64,000 nt of DNA from Kudoa neothunni (lineage: Eukaryota; Animalia; Cnidaria), in assembly GCA_964304625.1 (NCBI GenBank), contig OZ199840.1, forward strand, positions 6,823,252 to 6,887,251, given 5' to 3'. This document shows positions 27,487-39,900 of this stretch, piece by piece. A model generated the notes under the pieces. The model worked only from the letters and a program-made list of their open reading frames with translations. It was not told the origin of the DNA and did not search any database. Positions within the stretch are counted from its first letter, which is position 1. Each line of letters starts with the position of its first letter. Made by a program: the position numbers and the translations under genes.

Positions 27487-28919
27487 TTGCAAATGGACAC
27501 TATCTTTTTAAACCCAGATTAGCGTTATATTTATGTTATAATTTTTGCCAGGAATGACTTACTTTCATTCAATATATTATTTTTGATATTATGGTTATGC
27601 ATTCGCTACAATTGAACACCTAATGCTGGCATAAAATACGAATTCTTCTTTTCTTATAGTCATACATTTAACAATAGGCAATTGCTAAGGATGAAATATG
27701 ACAATCCAACAAAATTAAAATCGTCCTAAGTAAATTATACAACACCAAGCATGCTTTACCTGGCTAACTTAATTGGTGGTATAGCCCGTCGAAATAATCG
27801 CGAGGGGCTAGGAGTTCTCTGCATTAATAGATTACTGCAAATGCTATTGTGATGACAAATAGCGGTCGCTGAAAGTATCCCACTGATGGCGCAACACTGA
27901 TCCGTACTCATTATTAAAAGGTTCAACGGGTTCGTCTTTGTACGTTGTCGCTGATTTAGATTACGGCCACTATGATACATTTTTACCAAATATTCCCATC
28001 GCCAATCGACCAATGATAGGTCTCTAATCCCTCTTAATTTTTGCTGAATCAACAAAACATATTTTATGCTATCTTTTATACAACGATTGGTTATGTTTCC
28101 TTTAAGCAATTAGTTGTAAAGCTTTTATCTAATTCAGATTATGCTTATCTATAGTATAGGTCGTCAATTATTGGCAATACGAACCAACAGTGGGACACTC
28201 ACGATCACATTATCGTTTTACATAATTGAAAGCCATAACAATACAATTGAGGACACCTGTGATAATTGGTTCATTACCGTAACGAATTTCGTATTGTAAG
28301 CAATCTGGGATAATAAATCAACAGTGTTAATTCTTATAACATTGAATGAGCTGCGTAACAAGGGTGCGGATTTCATTGCCTCGCTCTCTTCCGAGTGTTT
28401 CCAAGGCAGCTGACCAGCGTAAACGGAGATCAATCATAAGGTATCTCTACATTTTTAAGCTTGATATGATATTTATGGTTTAAATCCTTAAAAGTTTATC
28501 CTCTTTATTATTATGTTTAGTTCTGCCGAATCGGGCTTCTTTAACGTAAAAGGTAATAATTCGTATACAAAATAAAAATCAGATTTATTTACGTACTAAT
28601 AACAATTAGCTAATTCGATAACAGACAACACTTAGTTGCGATATCCTCTGAATGGGCCAAAAATGTTTAAATTTTAAATAACAATTTAAAATCAAACGCT
28701 TTATTATGGCTTAAAGTTTTTCGTTAAAAGATGCCACTTGTAGGTACCAGAATGTGTAATGGTACAGACCAATCCAAAATGCTCTCACTCAAATCGGTAC
28801 CCAATAGTAGATTAATTAGGGACAGTCTTAAATGTAACTGATGAGATTTGTTGGAAAATTCCAATAAATATTGCCGTCACATTTCGCTATTAATATCATT
28901 AGATTCTGTGCGAGCTCAT

Positions 28920-29703
28920 ATGAACAAAAACAATCCAATTCCATTCCCTGCTGACGAATAGTATATCTCTATGTGGAATATATTTACTAAATACGCATCA
29001 AGTGACTTGTATGCTTTGTTAGGTGTTAGCAAAAATGCTACACCACATGAAATAAAATTATCATTCAAAAAAGTATCACGAATATTTTATCAAATAAACG
29101 ATTCATTCTATCTATTTTATGTAGTTAGCTTTAAAATACCACCCGGATAAAACCAAAAACGATGTTGCCTCTTCAGACTATGTTTGTTTGATTAATTGAT
29201 GCGTACAATGGATTGGATTAATTTCATGTAGTTTCAAAAGATATCCAGAGCCTACCATATTCTAATTGATCCAAGTAAAAGAAGAATATACGACGATTAC
29301 GGACCTCAAGGAATAAAACTTATGGAAAGTTGTGGGTGCCATGTATCGATTTTATATGTGAAACTATTTCATTCCTATCCATTCATTATAGAATGAAAAA
29401 GCTTTCAAAATTTTATCCAAAAAATGGTTTATTGGACTCATGGGAGTTCTCGCTTGCTTAACATGCTGCTGCTTTGGGTGTTGCTGCTGTTTATTCTGCT
29501 GCAATTTCTGCTGTGGAAAATTCAGCCCCCGCAACGGTTTCAATAGTGACGACGAAGACCTGGCGTTGTGTAGTAGTGACCATGAAACCGTCACATTCGA
29601 CAGCAATCAAACATGAATGCTTACTTTCGTTTGCTTGTAGTGTTTATTCCTTATCGAAATACATATAGACCAACCTATATCCCTGTATTGTAAAGAATTG
29701 TAA
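28920..29703 (+). CDS. DNAJC5: DnaJ homolog subfamily C member 5 (cysteine string protein); start and last exon uncertain
   Basis: Spliced J-domain DLYALLGVSKNATPHEIKLSFKK|LALKYHPDKTKND...|FQKISRAYHILIDPSKRRIYDDYG, followed by the cysteine string LTCCCFGCCCCLFCCNFCCGKF. If the final putative intron is retained the stop falls at ~29615. Confidence 0.93.
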
Positions 29704-31079
29704 GTTATCTCTAGTTTCCACCACTTTGATATGTGTTTTTTACAAAAAATAAATATTTATGAACATTTTTTAAAATTGATGATAGAATGTTCTATGTTAA
29801 AATCTTGTTGTTTCTGCAAACTTTTTAATTAAACAACAATAAATACGTGTACATTTGTTTCTTTTCAAATCATGGTAAAAACACTCCATTCTTATCTTTT
29901 ACCTAATGGATGGAAGGAAATATTTTGTAATGATATTTGTTCTTTAGAAATTGACCATAACTTTCTGAGTACACGTGAATCGAGGACCTTTTGAGTAAAA
30001 TAGGGTTCATTTGTAAACTATAGATTTTTACCTTTTTATTAACGCAAGTATTTTTTACCTATTCTAAAAATTTTGAAGGGAAATTTAAATAATGTGGTAA
30101 TTAATTCTTCTTTAAATTATTTTACACTCAATCATTCTTGTACAGAATTTCCATTTAAAGCTCTAATTCAGGGGCTCTCAAACGTATTTGTAAATTTACC
30201 ATCTTGTCCTAATGAAAAATCAAAGTGTACCCCATTAACTTGTAAGCTAAATTTGCGTCTACTTTAAGGTTGTGTACTTAATTAAATATTATTAGGCTAC
30301 GCCCTAAAAAGATAAATGAGGCTGAAAATAATTTTATAAATAATAAAATTGTTAAATACTTACTCTAAAGAAAATTTTAAGCGTTTCCGCCAATATCTTA
30401 ATCAACTTTAATGGCTCTGAATAATATAACTTCCTAGAGATTCTTAAGTACGTAACAAATCGAATTATTCAAAAATTGCCTCTATCCAATTTGATTTCAC
30501 TTATTTTACTACCTGTCATCTAAAATTTATCAGGGATAAATTTACCTCTGGTTGAGAACCCCTGCTCTAACTGATTACTTTTATAGGACTGATTTTGATT
30601 ATCTAAGATAGTACAATAAGGTTAATATTGTAAAACATTTGAGCCATTTTATCTTTACATTCGTATATGAATCACATCCGTAGAGTAATAGAATAAAAAA
30701 TCGGAAAAATTTCTTGGTTTTACATATCAGTTTTGTTAAATAACGTACCAAGAATTTATTCGTTTCAAGTCACATATCAGAACCTATTCCACTTTATTAG
30801 TCCTTTTTTATGTCAGCTATTTTTCATATCTCCCCGCCTGTATACCTATAAATGTTTTCTAAAATATATTTATAAATTTTATAATAAAATACTTTCCTTG
30901 AACATTTTAATTCGTAGACGTTTTCATCTTTGACAATAATGTTTGAATAAGAATAACTAATATATGTTGTTAAAATTGTCATTCATTTATTTATGTGTAT
31001 GAATGAATTCTTTTATTCTTGTTTTACCTATACTTTAAAGAACAATTCAACTTATATTTATATCAGAGACAAGATACAA

Positions 31080-31608
31080 ATTTGAAAGTAAAACTTGAAA
31101 CGTAGCATAATAAAAACTGTGAAATTAAATGATGGATCTCAAATTTAGACATAAGACAAAGTTAAAACTACATCGTGGTTTTATTTTCATGGATATAGAT
31201 TATTTCTAAGTAGATAAAAATGCTGACAACCTAATTACAGCTTATTCATATAAATACGTTATTTTGAAAGATAATAAAGTTACAATTTTACATGGAAATA
31301 GAGATAGTTAGATTTTGTACGCTGAATATGTTTAATATAAACTATTACCATACTGCGCTATTTCTTAGAATCAATTAAAATAAGTTATCATATCCCATTT
31401 TTGAATAGAAACTAACTGATATCAAAACAACCAAAAATGTTATTACACGCATTACGTCCTTACATGATTTAAACGGGGGTTAACGAAAATTGCTAAGTGA
31501 ATAAACTAAGATTAATTTTTAAATTTATTCTTGAATGACTCCCGCATCCCCAATGATGGCTCTTCGCACCCTTAAGAGATGAGGGAACTCCCTGTAAGGA
31601 AACACTGT
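31080..31608. mobile_element. hAT-like MITE fragment (paralog of ~8540-9069)
   Basis: Direct similarity to the 8540-9069 copy, ending in ggaaacactg. Confidence 0.6.
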
Positions 31609-33094
31609 CTTATAGGATCTGATAAAGTATAGATGAAGATAATCACCCATTCATTCGCGGATGGCATCAACCCCAAAACTCTTTATTTTCCCTAAAACAA
31701 CGATTTTTCTTAAAATTTTATTGTGTAATTGAAATTTTTCTTCGGTCATCGTAGCAATGACAAGCAGCGTAGCACGCTTTTGAATTGTTTTACACACGAA
31801 CATTGTGTTAATTTTTAATAGTGGACGTACGCTGTATTAGCTGTTCAAAAAAGTGAGCTGTCCCATCCAAATTTAACATGTCCGGATTGTATCTTGACAA
31901 AATCTCGGGAAAATTCCCCATCCATTGATAAATATATTTTAAATCAGCGCTCTCCTCCGTGCGATTTGAGTTTTTCAGATCGTAACGCCTTCTGCAATTA
32001 TTAAACTAATCCTCGGTTCCGCTAAAATCTTTTATTCAAATATCTTTGGCAATAATACAAGATTATTCGATCATCCAAAAAATAAATAATATTTGTTTCT
32101 CGCATTAAAAGTACCCAATTGTAAAGATTAATTTATTATCTTCATATTTTCCGGGCTTATATATTTTTCAGGGTTTTGAAATGTTTTAATCTATGGTTTC
32201 ATCTTGTTTAAAAAAAACTTCTATAAAGACTTAAGTAACCTATTTTAAATTATCGAAGAATATTGAAGTTAATATAATTTGGTAAACCGAAACGTTTTAC
32301 AATAATTTCATGAGCCCCGCATATAGATTTACAAAATTATAATAATCAATTACTTTTATTATATTCTCTTTAGTTATTTGAGGGCTTACGATGCTTTTTA
32401 TTGTGTATCCATCTTATTAAAAAGATTAAAATCAAAAAAATGAATTACGCAATAACGAGGCACATGATTTTTCCTATTTTGTTTGATATCCGCTCGTTCA
32501 AAATTTTTGTTTTTTGTATAATTCTCCATTTAGGCATACTGAATGTGATTCGTATGTTTTATTTAGTGAATTAAAGCACATAATACCAATAAAGTTAAAT
32601 CACGCAAAACCGAGGCACAACTGTATATAGATAATTTTCAAAAAATATGAAAAACATAAAATCCACATGAAGTCTTTCTAATCCTGATATTAATTAATGT
32701 AAAAAGAAAATGGCATTATGATTTGATAGCGTTCGTACTCTAAAATAATGTTGAACCCAAGGATCTGAAAATGGGCTTCTAGATTTAGACTCCATAAGAA
32801 GGCCACAATAAAATATGATGGGATTTTAATTAAATTCCTCGTATACATTTGGTAAATCACAATGTCATAACTTAAAATAACTCAACTATGGCAACTTTAA
32901 ATTTTGAATAAATTTCAAAATTCTAATCAATTCTGAAATCTTCAGATTTATTTTTCCATCAAATAAATTCACTCAATAACCTATTTAATGTCTGAACAGA
33001 ATTTTCATCCCGTATCTCATCCTCGTAATTTTTTCATTAAATGATAATAACACTTTATGATGGTAATTTAAATTTTTTTCTTTACACGGTCAAA

Positions 33095-33563
33095 CTCCTG
33101 GCCTAACTTCTTAGGTTGTGAAGTTAGGGTTGATTAGGCCTTCATCGTCTACGTTGTAGGCACCGCAGCATCATCATATTAAGGCAACTTACGTTTATGC
33201 GATAGTGCGGGATTTTTACCCACTAAACATCCTCGTTTCGGAGAAACCACCCCGACCATACCCTGGACTAACCCAGAATTAGTCTGATAAAGTCGTCTGA
33301 ATGCGGGCGTCAGCCATACGGAGACGCATACTCGGCTTTATTTCGTTCCTGTAGCCGGTGTTTACGAGCGACCGAGTTCTACCCTTCCACCAGGCTCCCC
33401 TCCCAGCTGCAAGCAAGACCACGATAAATCGTAGATCCTTGCGATTACTACAGCCTTCCTATTTAATTTTGGAGTAGGAGCACAGGAACGCCTGGACTAG
33501 GCCTCGAATCGCAACCCCAAGGTATGCAAGATCGACTTAACCACCACTACGCCACATTGTCCA
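33095..33563 (-). mobile_element. Putative tRNA-derived SINE
   Basis: GC-rich island. The minus-strand head GGACAATGTGGCGTAGTGGTGGTTAAG...GGTTGCGATTCGAGGCC has Pol III A-box and B-box-like motifs in a degenerate tRNA fold, followed by ~390 bp of unrelated structured body. Only one copy is in the window and no TSD was identified. Confidence 0.6.
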
Positions 33564-33580
33564 AGCCTAGGTAATTTTAA

Positions 33581-36070
33581 CTTTCCGAGCGCGTTGAGGT
33601 CATTTATGACCCCAGAGCATATTGCAACATGATTTTAATATCTTTTATATAGTCAGAAATGTCTGGTATTACGTCTATTCTCCTAAAAACAACGCTCAAA
33701 ATAATGTGAGAGAAAAGTTTTTTAATTATCAAAATTAATAAGAAGATATGCGTACTTTATACATTTTGGCTTTTGGGGTCATATGAACCCAGGTTTTTTT
33801 TTCATTAAATAATGCGAAAAAATTGTAAGTATCATAATCTAAAGTTATAAAGAATTCTATCGTTAAAATAAAGAGGAAACTAGAAAAAACCATCCCCAAA
33901 TTCATGTGAGTAAAGGCGAAGCGAGTTAGTTTAGAATGATGAATGATTTTGACGAAAGAATATTCTACCGACTTTGAGAGTGACTGTAGCGAAATTTTTG
34001 ATACCATCCAATATAGTGATCCTTAGTCCGATTCATCAGATTCTAATTCAGATAAAAGTGTCGTTAATTCGACTTTGCATTACGACAAAAATAATGCAGT
34101 ATGGACTACAGAGATGCCTAAATCATCCAGAGTATGCAAGGAGAATATCATGGATAAAGCTCTGGGCGTTACCGCGTTTGCAGCACATAGAATATCTGAA
34201 TTAGTGAATTGCTTCCACATATTTATCAATGAAAATTTTTATGAAACCGTTGAAATGTACACAAATCAATTTGATGTACATCATATTAAAGAATGCTGGA
34301 AAGAGTTATCAAAAATAGAATTTAGAGCCTATATAGGTATTCTTGTATATATGGCGATATTCAAATCAAAACTGGAGCCGTTAAAGCCGTTGTGGAGTCT
34401 AGATAAGGGTGGGGATATATTTCGTCAAATAATGCCTATCAGAAGGTTTATTGAAATTACCAGAGCACTTCAATTTTGACGACTATAACACCAGACTTGA
34501 AAGGAGAGAACGTGATAAATTTTGCCCCATTCGCGAAATTTTTGAGAATTGGAAAGAGGTGCTTTCAAAATGTTTGATACCACATTCTGACCTGACCGTT
34601 GATGAGCAGTTAGTTGCTTTTAGGGGTAAATGCCCTTTTAAGCAATATATGCCATCAAAACCGGCTGTTTATGGAAACAAATTTTTTTTATTAGTGGATC
34701 CAATAACAATTTTTTGCCACAACATCTCCGTCTACTTGGGAAAAGTTAACGATCAAAGGGCCACATGTCTGGGTGAAACTGTTGTGTTAGACCTTGTATC
34801 TGACTTGAAATCAACTGGTAGAAACATTGTGTTTGACAATTATTTTACCTCAGCGCCCCTTGCTGAGAAATTACTAAATCAAGGACTAACTATGGTTGGA
34901 ACAATACGGGCTAACAAACGGGGACATTCCTGAATTGATGAAGGCGAATAAATCAAGGGAGGTATATAGTTCTCTTTTCTCTTCAATGGAAAGATGTTAG
35001 TTTCTTATGTACCCAAGAAAAATAAGGCCGTCCTATTATTAGTTACTTCGTCAAACGAAACGGGTATATCCACGGATGAGCAAAAAAACCGGACATTATC
35101 AAATTCTACAATAAAACTAAAGGAGGTGTCGATACAGTTGATCGAATACTTGCATCAACTAGCGTCAAAAGATATACGAAACGTTGGCCGACAGTGGTGT
35201 TCTTCAACATTCTCGATATTAGTCTTATTAATGTCTACTGTTTGTATAAAATTGTATTGAATGATAACAGAATCAAGCGAGCCCAATTCTTAGAAAAACT
35301 TGCTGACATACTTGTTCAACCATTTCTTTCAAGCAAACAATTTTCAAATCCTAATCGACCAATTACAATAAAACCATCACATCTCTATCATAAAAACCCG
35401 AAAAAGATGTTTCAAATGTCCCAGAAATAGTGACATCAACGTTGGAATTTCATGTGCTTCGTGTATGAAACATATCTGTAAGCAACATTCAATTGTCTGT
35501 TTGCCATGAATGTTCATCGGAACTTAAAAAATAGACTTCCATGGTTATTAATATAAACATTCTCTCTGATATACGTATGTTCTTTGCTATTTGTTATTTC
35601 TTTAATTTGTTCATGCGCTGCCGGCCATACAATTTTAACTCGATCGTTTTTTAAATGTCTTATTCTAACACTGATCCTTTTACAATCAATTGGATCCAAA
35701 CAATAGAAACATTATTTACTGCATAGCTAAAAACTTAATTTTACCAATATGGCATTACAACTATCTATATCAAATATAGGTTTATTTATATAATTAGCCA
35801 ATGGGCGTTTAAAAAAACAAATAAGATGGAAACGACCAAAAATTGAAATGTTAATAAACAAACCGACCCTGTATCCAGATCGGAGCCAATCGTATTTCCT
35901 CGGGGTATATGTTTTTTCGAAATTCGGTATGAATTCACCGATAGATTTCTTTTAAATTTTATTAACAAGTTTATAAATATTTTTTAATTAAAAAGGTGCA
36001 AGAAAATTTTGGGGTCATATATGACCCCAAAAGCACAAAGTGTACAATAATTTTTGGAGCGCTCGGAAGG
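33581..36070 (+). mobile_element. piggyBac transposon, full length, transposase frameshifted
   Basis: TTAA TSDs (33577-33580 and 36071-36074). TIRs ctttccgagcgc and gcgctcggaagg, ggggtcatatatgacccc subterminal palindromes. Motifs LTVDEQLVAFRGKCPFKQYMPSKP, RNIVFDNYFTS, YNKTKGGVDTVD and KRWP. Confidence 0.96.
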
Positions 36071-36982
36071 TTAAAGAACAGCCCCCCCCCCCAGACTGGC
36101 TTTTTTGACGGGTTAATCAGCGAAAGAGAGAAACGATGTTCCTGTCTTTATCAAAGAAATCAACGATGACAGATGATCGTTCATACAAATTACGATTTCT
36201 CCCTCCTACATAAAATAGAACGTTTAAGGCACCAAAATGCCCAAGACTGAGGGCCATAGGAAATTTATAGGATCGTATTTAACTCTCCCTGTACGGCACC
36301 AAAAAATCACGCGGGTGCCGATGGGGTCACTCTCGTACCCCAACATTTTAGAAGATAAAATTTCTTAAATCATTTCTTAGTGTGTCAATAATATCTCGAC
36401 ATATATATCTAAGGGTTGATGGTTCCAATTACTTTGATTAATAAGCTTAAAATGGCAAAAAAACGACCACCATTTTTGGATGGATGAATGTCTACTAGTT
36501 GCATTTAATCAATTAAAATGTATATGTATGAAATATAGAAACATTTTTATATAAGAATAAGAAGAAATTTAATAATGAAATTGAAAAATAAATGAGAGAG
36601 ACTGGCCTACAGGGAAAAACGCCATCAGCCAAACCTCCGACTAGGTTCGGATCATGTGATAGGATTAGATTGTCTTATGGTGGCCTATTAGTTTCAACGA
36701 ACGAACGTTTACAGCGCTGTATAATTATATAAGTCATAATATGGTTAAAATAATGAGTTTATCAAAAATTTAAATATGTTTACTGTAAAATTTCAAATGT
36801 TTTGTTTAGATAATACCATATACGACATTTGAATAAATATAATTGTATACATTAATTATAATGAATACTTCTTTATTTCATCACTTTGTTTATAATTTCA
36901 TTCTGTTAGATATCATTATGCTAATAAGAAAAGATCGTTTAAAAATCTCGTTCAGTTTTCGATTGAATCGAAATCTCTAAAA

Positions 36983-39900
36983 CAGCGCTTCCCGATTGGG
37001 GGTCCGAGGTCCATAAATGAGTAAAAAAATATAGGTTAATGTTTACAATATCCCCAACACTCGGGGGTTTCGTTTCCGAGGTCACACGGCTCCCAAAAAA
37101 CCACGAATGCTTCCCGCTGTTTATTCAACTAATAATTTAGATGAACTAAACTTTGAAGAAATAACATATTTCAAAGATAGGAAGGATGAACTGTCGAAAT
37201 TTTTAATTGAAATTGGACTTTTGCCTAGAGAGAGAGTATGCATTTGTGGATGTAGGATGGTTATGGTGATTCGACCACGATATCCAGATGGATACAGTTT
37301 CAGATGCCATGATAGTGGTTGTCTAAAAGAACTATCCATCAGATATAATAGTTTCTTTTATCAATCGAAACTCTCATTATATCAAATTTTAAAAATTATA
37401 TATCTCGGTGCAATGAGATGCAGAGTCAACGTATCCTCATGAAAGAATGCAGATTAGAGTCTACTAGGACGGCACGCGACTGGAAAAATTTCATGCGGGA
37501 CTTATGTCTGAGTTATTATATCATGAACCTCACTAAAATAGGCGGCCCCGGAATAAAAGTGCAAATTGACGAAAGTCAAATTTGCAAAAGAAAGTTTCAT
37601 GTTGGAAGGATCTTGCAAACTCAGAGTGTATGGATTGTCGGAGGTGTCGATGAAAATGGATAGGTTTTCATGGTTCAAACTGAAATTAGCCCTCCATATC
37701 AGAATCGGTGGTACCCCTGTGCGCATGCGCAAATCAGGTTCGCCCTAAGCGAGAAATCGCCTGATATTCTGTAGCTGGCGCATTCGTTTATGTTTCAAAC
37801 AATATTTTCACGGCTATTTTAGTTTGAGGAATTTTTTCAGGGTTATATGTCAACAATATTGACGTCAAAATCCTCAAAGACTCTAATCACCAATCATAAA
37901 TCATTAATTTTAAGAACTAAAACATGGTTATTGCAAATTAGCAATACTTAAATGTTGTTTAAATACAAAATCAATAAATTTAATAAAATTAGTTTATAAT
38001 TTTGAAAATTAAAATGTACAGTTTTCAGTCTTTATGCTTTGCGCAGCGCTTCGTTGATTATCGGAAACGAAAAATACCGACTGCTGGGGATGCGGTAAAC
38101 TTTTGCCAGAAAATGTATATCCTAGCATTGTAACGAGGTTTTGAATATTGTAACGGTATGATATATTATAAACGCAGTTCCTAATAATTTATTTATGGAA
38201 AATTATATTTGTTGTTATTTTATTTAAAAAAAATGATGCCGAGTGTAATAGTTTCGTTACGAACATCTTTTGTAATGTACGTGAATCTGAATCGGCGACA
38301 TTCGGATCAACCTTTAATTGTAATTATGTTTTTATTGATTTTATATTCTCGCGAAATTATCTTACTTCTTAGATTTAACTTTAGTTTAATATTATATATA
38401 CATATATTCCATAAAAATATGACAATTAATTATAATTTAATTTGATGTAGACAGATGCTAATAATAAAAATACTTGGATCTCTTGTTGGATATGACAATT
38501 AAATTATTAGTTTTAGATAGTTTGTAACTATAAAATATTTCGAGAAATCTTAGATAAGCCACGCGAACCTAATTTCACCCTATTTTTCGTTTAATTTAAT
38601 CCCAGCCTTTGTTTCAACATGGTGAATCATCCGAAAATTAGGAAATTGAATGAAGAATACACCCAGCATGGTTTTACCAAAAGAGTAATTGATGGAATTG
38701 ACAGACCCCAATGTATTCTATGCGATATATTATTTTCCAATTCAAGTTTGAAACCATCAAAACTACATGAGCATTTTACAATTAAGCATGGTGGAACATC
38801 AAGAGCAGGGAATGATTCTCAATCTATGGCCACTAAACGGATAAAATTCGATTCAAGAATGACTCTCCCAACGTTAGGTTTTTCTCCCCTTTGTAAACCA
38901 TTTCTTTTGGCGTCATATAAAATTGCGAAGAAGAAAAAGCCACACACCATTGCCAAAACTCTTATTAAACCTTGTATTTTGGAATCGGCACGAATTATTT
39001 TGGCCCCAAATGCCGCTAAAAAGCTTCAAATGATTCCACTCTCAAACAATATTATTCGAAATAGAATTAAAGATATGAGTGCGGACGTACTCGATCAAGT
39101 TCTTTCAGATGTGAAAGCCTCGCCTAGAAAAATCTCCGTCCAGCTGGACGAGTTAACCGACGTGGCTAATTGTAGCCAGCTAATTGCAGCCAGCTAATTG
39201 CAGCCAGCTAATTGCTTTCGTCCGCTGTTACATCAAAAGTTATCGATGAAGAGTTTCTCTTTTGTAAACCCTTAACAAAAACTACCACTGCGAAGGATAT
39301 TTACGACATGGTCCATAACTTTTTTGATAGAAACAACATACCTTTCCAGCTTATTGCGTCTATTTGTACGGATGGTGCTCCGCTCCGGCCATGCTTGGAA
39401 AACGATCCGGTTTTGCTATTCTAATGCGAAACCGAATTCCCGACGTTACTATTAACCATTGTATCCTTCATCAACAAGCTCTCATGTCAAAAACGATGCC
39501 GGAAACTTTGAGAAACGTTATGAACTCTTGCAAAAAATTGTAAATTTTATCAAAGGCAGAGCTCTAAACCACAGACTCTTCAAGGCATTTTGCAATGACT
39601 CGGGTGAAGAAGCATCTGCACTTCTGTACTATACCGAAGTCAGATGGCTTTCACGAGGCAAAGCTTTAACTAGATTTTTCGAACTTCGAAACAAAATTCA
39701 GAACTTTCTATTCGAACAAAAATCTGATCTTGCGCGTACTTTTGATATTCCCAATTTCTCATCTATTCATTCTAGCCTACTTGGCAGATATTTTTAGTCA
39801 TATCAAGGATTTAAATTGCTCTATTCAAGGAAGAGGGATAAATGTTATAGTCGACAGTGACAGACTGCGCTCTTTTAGGGAAAAATTGATGTTGTGGAGA

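Larger units (their letters stand above)
20380..27499 (-). mobile_element. Mutator-like element (core 23465-24841) with decayed transposase; both TIRs interrupted by hAT insertions
   Basis: Inner TIR arms 23465-23537 and 24769-24841. Outer TIR stubs ggatggtgtct (20380) and ggaca (27495-27499). 9-bp TSD ctgtctttt/ctatctttt, single-copy in the paralogous empty site. Minus-strand remnants YFEKNW...NNRIEQEHDKIK and a decayed SWIM-like segment. Confidence 0.8.
20062..28100. mobile_element. piggyBac-like non-autonomous element hosting the 20380-27499 nest; paralog at 50931-52589; right end not resolved
   Basis: TTAA+ccctcgaaagc terminus. 20300-20379 and 27500-28000 are contiguous in the inverted paralog (52500 to 51390), which shows the empty site atcctgtattttt aaacccagattagc. 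Confidence 0.65.

Noticed and set aside
28218-28433. AGQLPWKH resembles CK1/TTBK kinase subdomain IX-X
   Set aside because: Only a short motif, with no other kinase subdomains nearby.
33095-33160. Hammerhead-like arrangement (cgatgaa-ggcctaa...ttaggcc) on the minus strand
   Set aside because: It lacks the CUGAnGA and GAAA cores.
33490-33563. tRNA gene
   Set aside because: A/B boxes are present, but there is no proper cloverleaf and no downstream T-run terminator; treated as a SINE head.
39165-39215. CRISPR-like short repeats
   Set aside because: Spacer-less tandem slippage inside a eukaryotic transposase.
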